A stretch of 64,000 nt of DNA from Candidatus Aminicenantales bacterium. Lineage in GTDB: Bacteria > Acidobacteriota > Aminicenantia > Aminicenantales > Saccharicenantaceae. The notes under the pieces were generated by a model. The model saw nothing but the letters and a program-made list of their open reading frames with translations. It was not told where the DNA came from and did not search any database. Shown one piece after another: positions 19,153-27,673 of this stretch (the stretch's first letter is position 1; every line of letters begins with the position of its first letter). A program made the position numbers and the translations under genes. The DNA lies in assembly GCA_049512315.1 (NCBI GenBank), contig JBEKXF010000012.1, positions 1 through 64,000 of the forward strand, given 5' to 3'.

Positions 19153-19181
19153 ATTCTATAATAGAATGGAAAAAAAGACAA
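19153..19181 (-). promoter_or_regulatory. Putative sigma70 promoter for bfr overlapped by a 7-1-7 palindrome
   Basis: Minus strand TTGTCT-17 nt-TAGAAT (19181-19153); perfect inverted repeat ATTCTAT-A-ATAGAAT at 19153-19167. Confidence 0.5.
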
Positions 19182-19192
19182 AGGAGGGACCC

Positions 19193-19492
19193 ATGAAAAG
19201 ACTCCCCGCCCTGGTTCTGGTCCTGGCCCTGGTCATCGCCCTCGCGAGCTGCGCTCCCGGGCCCAATGACCTCGAAAAAACCGCGAGCGCCAAGGGCCGG
19301 ATCGCAGGCTTCTGGCTCGGCCTCTGGCACGGCCTCATCTCCCCGGTGACCTTCATCGTCTCGCTCTTCAACAAGAACGTCCGTCTCTACGAGGTCCACA
19401 ACACCGGCGGCTGGTACAATTTCGGGTTCGTCCTGGGCGCCGGCCTCTTCCTGAGCGGCGGGATCCTAGGCAAGAGAAAGAAATCGCGTTAA
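19193..19492 (+). CDS. Small conserved membrane lipoprotein of unknown function
   Basis: RBS AAGGAGG; lipobox LASC; 'AGFWLGLWHG..SP...YEVHN.GGWYNFGF' hydrophobic core. Confidence 0.75.
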   Translation: MKRLPALVLVLALVIALASCAPGPNDLEKTASAKGRIAGFWLGLWHGLISPVTFIVSLFNKNVRLYEVHNTGGWYNFGFVLGAGLFLSGGILGKRKKSR

Positions 19493-19527
19493 CTCCCGCC
19501 CTGAGGCTCCGCGTCCCATCGATCTTA

Positions 19528-20268
19528 ATGAACGCACCGACCCTGGCCCTCCTGGTCGTGGCCGTCATCTTCACCGCGGCCTTCGTCCGTTCGGCGCTCG
19601 GCTTCGGGGACGCAGTCATCGCCATGCCTTTGCTCGCGGCCTCCGCCGGCCTGAAAACGGCCGCGCCCCTGGTGGCGTTCATGGGACCTGCGATCTCGAT
19701 CCTCATCCTGGCGAAACACTGGCAGAGCGCGGATTTGCGGTCCGCCGCTAAGCTCATCGCCGCCTCGATCGCGGGGATTCCCCTGGGGATTTATCTTCTC
19801 ACGCGCCTGCCCGAGGCCCCGCTCAGGGCGGCACTCGGGATCATCGTCCTTCTCTACGGCCTCTTCGGCCTCCTGAAGCCTGCCATGAGGATCGAAAACG
19901 AAAAAGCGGGGCTTCCCTACATCGTCGGCTTCATCGCGGGCATTTTGGGCGGGGCCTACAACATCAACGGCCCTCCCGCCGTGATCTACGGGATGCTCAA
20001 GGGGTGGCCCCCGGAGCGATTCAGGGCCACGCTGCAGGGATACTTCCTGCCGACCGGTCTTATCATCCTGCTCGGCCACGGAGCGGCCGGACTTTGGACG
20101 GGGCAGGTCCTCAGGCTCTTCGCATATTCCCTGCCGGCGCTCTGCCTGGGAGTCTGGCTCGGAGGGAAAGTCCACAGTCGCGTGCCTGAAAGGCGGTTCA
20201 GGCAGGCGGTCTACGCCTCCCTGGTCATCATGGGCGGATTTCTCGTCCTCCGGGCCCTGCTGACCTAG
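19528..20268 (+). CDS. TSUP family transporter (TauE/SafE sulfite exporter-like)
   Basis: GFG.A.IAMPLL, G..GG.....GPP, FRATL..YF; about 8 TM segments. Confidence 0.85.
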   Translation: MNAPTLALLVVAVIFTAAFVRSALGFGDAVIAMPLLAASAGLKTAAPLVAFMGPAISILILAKHWQSADLRSAAKLIAASIAGIPLGIYLLTRLPEAPLRAALGIIVLLYGLFGLLKPAMRIENEKAGLPYIVGFIAGILGGAYNINGPPAVIYGMLKGWPPERFRATLQGYFLPTGLIILLGHGAAGLWTGQVLRLFAYSLPALCLGVWLGGKVHSRVPERRFRQAVYASLVIMGGFLVLRALLT

Positions 20269-20374
20269 GATTCCAAGTCGTCGTCCGAGCTCGCGAAATC
20301 CCAGGGGAGTGGCATTTTTTCCGGAATACCCTTATGATTTGGGGGAGAACCCGGCTCCGTGAGGTTTCAAAACC

Positions 20375-23300
20375 ATGATCCTTGGCGTTGACATCGGGTC
20401 TTCGGCCACGAAGGCCGTCCTCCTCGATGACGACCTGGGCCCCATCGCATTCAGCGAGGGGCTGAACCGGGGGAATTCAGCCGGCGCCTTCCGTGAGGTC
20501 GCCACCCGGATTCTCGAGGGCCGCGACGGCCTCCGCCTCCGCATCGGGATCACCGGCGCCGGCCGGGAGATCATCCAGGCGCCGCCCGAAGTCTTTCTCT
20601 CCAACGAGGTCGTCGCCGTCGCCCTGGGCGCGGCGCACGGCTATCCCGAAGCCAGGTCCGTCATCGAGATCGGCGCCCAGACCTCCCGCTGGGTCCTGCT
20701 CGATAGGGCCGTCGCGGCCTCCACAGAGCCCGAGATCCTCGACTTCGCCCTGAACGATGTCTGCGCGGCGGGGTCGGGCGCGTTTCTCGAGCAGCAGGCG
20801 GCCCGTCTAAAGTTCAGCATCGAGGATTTCTCCGCCTTGGCCGCCTCGGCCGCGAAGGGGGCGACGATCGCCGGCCGCTGCAGCGTCTTCGCCAAGACCG
20901 ACATGATCCACCTCCAGCAGAAGGGCACCCCGCTCGAGGAGATCGCGTACGGCCTCTGCCAGGCCCTGGTACGGAACTTCGTGGCCACCGTCCTCAAGGG
21001 CCGTGAGGCCCTCCCGCCGGTCCTTCTCGCCGGAGGCGGGGCCCGGAACGCGGGACTCGTCCACGCCTTCCGCGAGGTCCTCGCGCTCGGAGAGGGCGAA
21101 TGGCGTCCGGCGAAGCCGCCGCAATTCCTCGGCGCGCTCGGAGCGGCGGTCGGAGCGGCCAGCGGGAGCAAGGAGATCGACGTTCCCGAAGCCGACGCCA
21201 TCCTCCAGTTCCTCAGGCCCCAAAAGACCGCTCGCAGGGTCCACCCGGTGGCCTTGGGCCCCCTCGAGATGAGCCGCACCCGCGAGCCATCGCCCCGTCC
21301 CGACGAATTCGTTAGGGGACACCTGGGCGTTGATATCGGCTCGGTCAGCACTAACCTCGTCCTCGTCGATGCAGAGGGCCGGGTCCGGGCGGGAGTTTAT
21401 CTCCCGACCAAGGGCCGGCCCATCGAAGCTCTGCGGGAGGGTTACCTCCTCCTCCGGGAGAGATGCCCCGGCGGATTCGAGCTTCTCGGCGTCGGCACGA
21501 CGGGCAGCGGGCGTCACCTCGCCGGCACTCTCCTCCAGGCGGACGTCGTCCACAACGAGATCACCTGCCAGCTCCGGAGCGCGGTCCGATATTTTCCCGA
21601 CGTGGACACGATCTTCGAGATCGGCGGCCAGGACTCCAAATACATCAGCGCCCGCGATGGCAGGATCCTGGATTTCACGATGAACAAGATCTGCGCCGCC
21701 GGCACGGGGTCCTTCCTCGAGGAGCAGGCGGAGATCCTCGGCATCCGGATCGAGGACGAGTTCTCGAGGCTCGCCGCCAGCTCCGAAGCGCCCTCCGACC
21801 TGGGCAGCCGATGCACGGTCTTCATGGAATCCGAGCTCGCCGATTCCCTCGGCCGGGGCGTGCCGGTAGCCGACATCTCGGCCGGGCTGGCCTTCTCGAT
21901 CGCCCGGAACTACCTCGAAAAGGTCGTGGCTGGGCGCCCGGTCGGGAAGGTCATCGTCTTCCAGGGCGGGGTTGCGTCCAACCCCTCGGTCGTCAGGGCC
22001 TTCGCCCTCGAAACCGGCCGGGAGATCCGCGTCCATCCTTTCAATAGGATCTCGGGGGCGATCGGGGCCGCGATCCTGGCCGGGGAAAGAGCCACGGTGG
22101 CAGGGAAAAAGTCCCCCGATGCTGCGGCAATCGGCCGGAGGCTCGGGCAGGACTATGCAGTCACGAGCTTCACCTGCGCCCACTGCTCCAACCGTTGCCA
22201 GGTCAACAGGATCACGTTTGAGGATCGGGTCGCGTTTTTCGGCGACACCTGCGAGCGGTACGCGGCCCGGCAGGGCCTTGGCCCCGCGAACGGGGAGGCG
22301 CCCGTCAGGATGGGCACGTCTCCGCCCGACCTCTTCAGAGAGCGGGAAGACCTCCAAGAAAGCTTCATCCGCAATCCGGCCAACCCCGGCGCGCGGATCG
22401 GAATTCCCAGGGCCTCGGCCCTCTATGAGTTCCTGCCCTTCTGGGCCGCATTCTTCAACCGGCTGGGCTCCGAGGTCCTGGTCTCGCCGGCCAGCCAACC
22501 CGAAATCCTCGAGATGGGTCTCAGGAAAACCCCGGCCGAAACCTGTCTGCCCATCAAGGTCTCCTTCGGGCACATGGAATGGTTCGGCGACAAGTCCGTG
22601 GACCGGGTTTTCTTCCCTTCCGTCATCGACCTCCACCGCGATCCCGCCGAATCGATGTCGCTCTGCCCGTACTCCGAGAATTTCCCGTTCATGGCCAGGG
22701 CCGCGACAAGGACCGAGATCCTCGCGCCATCGGTCTGCCTCAACGGCAACCCGGAGGATTTCGTGAGGTCGGTCGCCGAGGTCCGGGACGCCCTGGGCAA
22801 GAGCGATGCCGATGTCCGGGACGCCTACCAGGCTGCGTCCACGGCCCTGCGGGACTTCCAGAAGGCCCTCCGGCGGAGAGGCCGGGAGGTCCTGGACGGG
22901 CTGAACGGCGACGGGCGGTCCCTTTGGGCCGTCCTCGGCAGGCCTTACACGCTCCATGACCCCTTTCTCAACCTCAACCTGGGCCGGCACCTGGCCAGGC
23001 TCGGCATCGTGGCCCTGCCGATCGACTTCCTTCCGCTCGATGGGATGGGTGGAGCGGACTGGCCCGGCGCCCCTCACTGGCGCTATAACCAGCAGGTCAT
23101 CCAGGCGGCCCTGTGGGCGACGGAGACGCAGGGGATCCGGCCCGTCGTTCTGACCAATTTCGGCTGCGGTCTCGACGCTTTTGCCATGCGTCACGTCCTC
23201 AGGATCTTCGCCGGCGAGCCGCACCTCGTCCTGGAGTTCGACGAGCACCGGGCCGAGGCCGGCCTGATCACCCGGCTCGAGGCGTTCCAGGACGAGGTCC

Positions 23301-24553
23301 GGGAGACGGGGAACGACGGCCGGCGTCCCGCGCCGTCGCGGCGACCGGCCCGGACCCATCCCGAATCCTACGAAGAGAACAAGGACCGGAGGTTCGTCCT
23401 CCCCTATTTCGCCGACCACGCCTTCGCCTTCTCGGGGGCTCTCAGGGGTGTCGGCATCGAGGCCGAAGTCCTGCCGCGCCCCGATGCCGCGACCGTGGCC
23501 CTGGGAGAGCAGCACAGCACGGGTAAGGAATGCCACGCCTACTCCGTCATCGCCGGCGACTTCGTCAAGCTCGTCCGATCAAAGCGGCAGGGGAACGAGG
23601 TCTTCTTCTTTCCAGGCTCCAAGTACACCTGCGTCCTGTCCCAGTACGACAAGGCCTTGAACTATCTGGCCGAGGATCTGGGGATCGCGGACCTCGAGGC
23701 CTTCGCCCCGACAGGCGACGCCCTGGCCCAGCTCCTAACCATGAAGGGGCTGAAGTTCCTCTGGCAGGGGCTGGTGGCCATCGACCTCCTCGTCCGGGCC
23801 TCGTGCGCGATCCGGCCCTACGAGGTCAGGAAAGGGGCAACCGACGAGGCCCATCTCGCGAACCTCAAGGATGTCGAGGCCGGCCTGGCGTCGGGAGGAA
23901 TCGCCCCGGCCCTCAAGAGATGCGCCGAGCGGCTGACGTCCGTCAAGAAGCGGGAAAGGCCGCGGCCGGTCGTGGGCGTCGCCGGCGACATCTATACGCG
24001 GATCAATCCCGTGGCCAACCACGACCTGTTCCTCAAACTGGAGGAGCTCGGCTGCGAAGTCAGGCCGTCGTCCTTCTTCGTCGACGAAGTGGACTTCGAC
24101 CTCGGCCGGAGCCTCCGGCAAAAGCTCGTCGGCCGCATGTACGGGGCGTCATCGGTTATGGCCCTCCTCTACCTCCGGAAGGAGGTCGAGAAGATGAAGG
24201 TCCGCAAGACCCTGGAGCGGGCCGGGCCGATCGGGAAGGACCCGACCTACAGCGATATCGTGAAGTTCAGCTCGCCCTACGTCGGACCCGATAACAACCA
24301 GTTCCTTTTTCTCAATATTGCCAAGATGGTCGCGTTCGCCCGGCAGGGCGTGGACGGCGTTATCAACGCCATCTGCTTCAACTGCATGCTCGGGGCCGTC
24401 GCTGCGACCATCGCCTCAAAGATCCGGGAGGATTACGGCCAGATCCCCATCCCCACCTTCACCTACACCGGGTCCGAGCTGGCGGCCGAAAGGACCAAGC
24501 TCGAGGCCTTCGTCTACCAGGTCAAGCAATACGCCAAGCGTAAGGAGCGCTGA
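20375..24553 (+). CDS. Fused acyl-CoA dehydratase activase-related protein (2x BadF/BcrAD ATPase + 2 reductase/dehydratase-like domains), PlsA/Ger-like
   Basis: Two activase modules (GVDIGS..TK/TN, EIG.Q.SK/SR, CAAG.G.FLE.QA, RC.VF); linker CAHCSNRC; C-terminal ETCLPIK, NFGCGLD, DEH, FNCMLG. Confidence 0.88.
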   Translation: MILGVDIGSSATKAVLLDDDLGPIAFSEGLNRGNSAGAFREVATRILEGRDGLRLRIGITGAGREIIQAPPEVFLSNEVVAVALGAAHGYPEARSVIEIGAQTSRWVLLDRAVAASTEPEILDFALNDVCAAGSGAFLEQQAARLKFSIEDFSALAASAAKGATIAGRCSVFAKTDMIHLQQKGTPLEEIAYGLCQALVRNFVATVLKGREALPPVLLAGGGARNAGLVHAFREVLALGEGEWRPAKPPQFLGALGAAVGAASGSKEIDVPEADAILQFLRPQKTARRVHPVALGPLEMSRTREPSPRPDEFVRGHLGVDIGSVSTNLVLVDAEGRVRAGVYLPTKGRPIEALREGYLLLRERCPGGFELLGVGTTGSGRHLAGTLLQADVVHNEITCQLRSAVRYFPDVDTIFEIGGQDSKYISARDGRILDFTMNKICAAGTGSFLEEQAEILGIRIEDEFSRLAASSEAPSDLGSRCTVFMESELADSLGRGVPVADISAGLAFSIARNYLEKVVAGRPVGKVIVFQGGVASNPSVVRAFALETGREIRVHPFNRISGAIGAAILAGERATVAGKKSPDAAAIGRRLGQDYAVTSFTCAHCSNRCQVNRITFEDRVAFFGDTCERYAARQGLGPANGEAPVRMGTSPPDLFREREDLQESFIRNPANPGARIGIPRASALYEFLPFWAAFFNRLGSEVLVSPASQPEILEMGLRKTPAETCLPIKVSFGHMEWFGDKSVDRVFFPSVIDLHRDPAESMSLCPYSENFPFMARAATRTEILAPSVCLNGNPEDFVRSVAEVRDALGKSDADVRDAYQAASTALRDFQKALRRRGREVLDGLNGDGRSLWAVLGRPYTLHDPFLNLNLGRHLARLGIVALPIDFLPLDGMGGADWPGAPHWRYNQQVIQAALWATETQGIRPVVLTNFGCGLDAFAMRHVLRIFAGEPHLVLEFDEHRAEAGLITRLEAFQDEVRETGNDGRRPAPSRRPARTHPESYEENKDRRFVLPYFADHAFAFSGALRGVGIEAEVLPRPDAATVALGEQHSTGKECHAYSVIAGDFVKLVRSKRQGNEVFFFPGSKYTCVLSQYDKALNYLAEDLGIADLEAFAPTGDALAQLLTMKGLKFLWQGLVAIDLLVRASCAIRPYEVRKGATDEAHLANLKDVEAGLASGGIAPALKRCAERLTSVKKRERPRPVVGVAGDIYTRINPVANHDLFLKLEELGCEVRPSSFFVDEVDFDLGRSLRQKLVGRMYGASSVMALLYLRKEVEKMKVRKTLERAGPIGKDPTYSDIVKFSSPYVGPDNNQFLFLNIAKMVAFARQGVDGVINAICFNCMLGAVAATIASKIREDYGQIPIPTFTYTGSELAAERTKLEAFVYQVKQYAKRKER

Positions 24554-24571
24554 CCCACGACTCACACGGAT

Positions 24572-24781
24572 AATTACGGTGACACACAACCAATTACCGA
24601 AATTGTCTAGCTTCCCCGAACTCATCTTTCTTTGAAATCGCCCGGCAAGGTGATTACCCGAGGCTTCCCTTGTCGGGATCGCGCCATCCCACAAGCTCTA
24701 TATTTAATTATAAAATTCAAGCCGGCTGGACGATTTTCGCCCCATCGCGTAATTAGGGATTTCGTTGTGTGTCCCCGAAAT
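24572..24781. repeat. Family A REP-like inverted pair (REPIN-like)
   Basis: AATTACGGTGACACACAACCAATTACCGAAATT (24572-24604, +) and its inverted variant ATTTCGGGGACACACAACGAAATCCCTAATT (24751-24781, -), between convergent genes. Confidence 0.85.
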
Positions 24782-24785
24782 GGGC

Positions 24786-27620
24786 TTACTTCAGATCGAC
24801 CGTTTCCGCTGCGCCGTAATAGATCCCGTTGAACAGAAGCTTGAAGGTCGCATGGGGTTGGCCGCGGAAGGCGATCTCTGGTCCATAAAGGAAAAGCTTC
24901 CCCTTCCCCACCTCGGCTTCGGCGACCTGGACGCTCCGCCACAGGTACTGCTCGCCCCAGGCCCAGCCGCTCCGGAGAAGCTTCCCCGTGTCGAACCAGG
25001 CCACTGGCCTGACGCCCCTCAACCCGGCGTCCGGCAGGAGCTCGAAGGAGGGCGTGTTGTCGAAGAAAACGTCCACCGTATCCGGCATGCCGCAGGCCAA
25101 CGGGTTCGTCGTGTCCAGCCGGGCCCTCATCAGGGACCCGGGCACGAAGAACTTCTCCATCCCGAGCGGCTTTTCCTTGCCGTCCGCCGTTTTCTCGACC
25201 AGGGCGTTGGCGACCGGGAGGCCGAAGTGGTAGGCCAGGGCCGTGGCCGTATCCAGCGCCAGCACCGTTCCTCCCTCCTCAACGAACTGCCGGATCTTCG
25301 GGACCGTCTTGTCCGCCGTGATGCGCCCGATCCGGCTTCGATATTCGGCGGGCACGTTCTCCGGCGCCGCCGCCTGGAAATCGCGGAAGCTCGTCTCGCC
25401 GGAGTCGGCGGGCTGAACCCTGGGGATCGACCCTCCGACGAAGATGAGGACATCGAACTTGCTCTTGAGGTTCCCCTCGTCCAGGGCGGGCGCGAACACG
25501 AGCTCGTAGGGGAACTCGAACTGCTCGAGGAGCCAGCGGATCCAGCCCGAAGCGATCGACCCGCCGTACGTGTCCCAGAGCCCGATCCGTGGCAGTTTGA
25601 GCTTGAAGGCCTCGCCTTTCGGAGCCGCATCCAGCCTCTCGATCGTCAGTCCGATGTCGCGGGCCGCTTTTTCAAGGACCGAGCGGACTGACGGCGTCGC
25701 GGGCACGTAGATCGTCCCCGCGGGATAACTCTTCCCGGCCGCCGCGAGATCACTCTTCAGCCAGTAGGCCTCGCCCCCCGCCTTGAGGGCCCTGTTGACG
25801 GCGATAAACGTATCGTTGACCCGATGGTCCAGCACGTACCCGGCGGCACCAGCCTTCGCCTCCAACCGGCCCGCCGGTGGCTTGATGATGTCCGCGACGG
25901 CCTCGAACGTCCCGTCGAATCCGTCGAGGATCCTGTCGAAGGAGACCCCCATCTGGAAGGCGAGCGTCCAGCCGGCGGCGTCGTAAGGCGGCACGGGCGG
26001 TCCGCCCGGATAGGCCAGGTCGTTCGGATGGTCCTGCGGCTCGAACATGGACAGGACGTGCGGCCGGAAGGCCTGGGCCGTCTTCACGACGTAGGAACCC
26101 GTGGGATAGACCTTGCCGCTCGCGGCGAATTCTTTCGAGGCCCGGAGCACCTCGCAGCCATTCTTCAAGAGGGCGTTGACGAACTTCACGGCCGTTAGGA
26201 AATCGGCCTGGTCCGAGGGGATGACGTAGCCGCGCGGGTCCCGGGCGTCCTTGTCAAATAGGAGGTCGTAGTACTTCATCGGGACGCCGACGCGACCTCG
26301 CCCGGAGCCGCCCGGCCCGGACCCCGACGCCGCCTCCTGGCCTCTGTCCTTGGCCACGGCCGCCTCGACCTTGGCCACGCTCCCCGGCACGATCGTCCAC
26401 GAATCCTGACTCCCCTTCTCGATCGCGTGTTTGCCCATCAGGTAGCGCCGGTAGAGGAAATCCTCCCGGTTCTTGGAGGCCACGTCCATGATGGCCTTAT
26501 CCGCCGTGACGGCATATTCGATGGACTGGCGGAAGTGCCATTTCTGCGGGGCGATCGGATAAGGATAATCCTCCTCGGGCAAAAGGCGCTGGGGGATGAA
26601 TGGGATGTCGACGGGGGTCGGGCTGCCGATCGCCTCGGTCAGGATGCCGATGATGTTGTGGAAATAGGCGGTACTGCGAAGCCCGCCGTTCCACCAGGTC
26701 GAGTACGAGGCCCCAGAGCGCATGATCGCGCCGGGCTTTCCCTCGGCAACGAACCGGTTGTGCATGGCCGCGCTCACGAGGTCGATCCCGACCGGGATGA
26801 GCGGGTCGAAGACATAATTGAATGGGTCGCGGAAGGGCGGGGCGAAGAGGACCGTGCCGGCCGGCCCGGTCTGATGGTGATTATAGAGGATCTGAGGGTG
26901 CCACTCGCGGTAGAGCACGCGATTGACGGCTTCGGTCTCGGGCTGGGTGGCCATGTAGGAATCGCGGTTGTTGTCGTGGCCGATGTATTTCTGATAGAGG
27001 ACCGGGACCCCGGTCATTGAACGTTTGGCGGGGTCTTTCTCCCGCATATACCAGTTGGCCACGAGCTCCAAGCCATCGGGATTGGAGGGCACGGCGAGCA
27101 GGACGACGTCGTCAAGGAGGCGCCGAGTCTCGGCATCGTCCCGGCTCACCATCTGCCAGACGAGCTCGATGAGCTGCTGTGAGCCAAGGATCTCGGTTGC
27201 GTGGAGGCCGCCGTCGATCCAGACGACGGCTTTGCCCTCCGCGGCCAGGCGGCGGGCTCCGGCATCGTCGAGCCCCTTGGCCAGGGCCAGGCGCCTCGCG
27301 ATATCTTTATAGCGGTTGAGCCGGCCGTGGTTTCGGGGCGAAGTGATGATCGCCATGACCATGGGGCGGCCCTCGGCCGTCCTGCCGATATCGACGAGCG
27401 TCATCCGGTCGGACTCGGCGTCGAGCTTCTTCCAGTAGGCCAGAAGCTTGGTGTAGTTGACGAGTTGATAGTCGTCGCCGACGTTAAAGCCGAACTGTTC
27501 CTTGGGGCTCGTGACCCTGGCCTCGGCCTGGAGAGACCCGAGGGCCAGGATGAAAGCCAGGAGGCCGATGGTCGCCCGAACGCTTGACCCGAAGCGGAAG
27601 CCGTGGTTGCCGAAGTTCAT
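24786..27620 (-). CDS. Secreted M14 zinc carboxypeptidase-like protein
   Basis: GGLHATE (HxxE), NPDG, DNNRD, HHQ; C-terminal class-I GATase-like domain. Start set at ATG 27620 after a GGAGG RBS. Confidence 0.88.
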   Translation of the reverse strand: MNFGNHGFRFGSSVRATIGLLAFILALGSLQAEARVTSPKEQFGFNVGDDYQLVNYTKLLAYWKKLDAESDRMTLVDIGRTAEGRPMVMAIITSPRNHGRLNRYKDIARRLALAKGLDDAGARRLAAEGKAVVWIDGGLHATEILGSQQLIELVWQMVSRDDAETRRLLDDVVLLAVPSNPDGLELVANWYMREKDPAKRSMTGVPVLYQKYIGHDNNRDSYMATQPETEAVNRVLYREWHPQILYNHHQTGPAGTVLFAPPFRDPFNYVFDPLIPVGIDLVSAAMHNRFVAEGKPGAIMRSGASYSTWWNGGLRSTAYFHNIIGILTEAIGSPTPVDIPFIPQRLLPEEDYPYPIAPQKWHFRQSIEYAVTADKAIMDVASKNREDFLYRRYLMGKHAIEKGSQDSWTIVPGSVAKVEAAVAKDRGQEAASGSGPGGSGRGRVGVPMKYYDLLFDKDARDPRGYVIPSDQADFLTAVKFVNALLKNGCEVLRASKEFAASGKVYPTGSYVVKTAQAFRPHVLSMFEPQDHPNDLAYPGGPPVPPYDAAGWTLAFQMGVSFDRILDGFDGTFEAVADIIKPPAGRLEAKAGAAGYVLDHRVNDTFIAVNRALKAGGEAYWLKSDLAAAGKSYPAGTIYVPATPSVRSVLEKAARDIGLTIERLDAAPKGEAFKLKLPRIGLWDTYGGSIASGWIRWLLEQFEFPYELVFAPALDEGNLKSKFDVLIFVGGSIPRVQPADSGETSFRDFQAAAPENVPAEYRSRIGRITADKTVPKIRQFVEEGGTVLALDTATALAYHFGLPVANALVEKTADGKEKPLGMEKFFVPGSLMRARLDTTNPLACGMPDTVDVFFDNTPSFELLPDAGLRGVRPVAWFDTGKLLRSGWAWGEQYLWRSVQVAEAEVGKGKLFLYGPEIAFRGQPHATFKLLFNGIYYGAAETVDLK

Positions 27621-27673
27621 GGGCCTGCCCTCCTCGAACATTGATCATGAGAAACGATGTGTGCTGCCCGATA

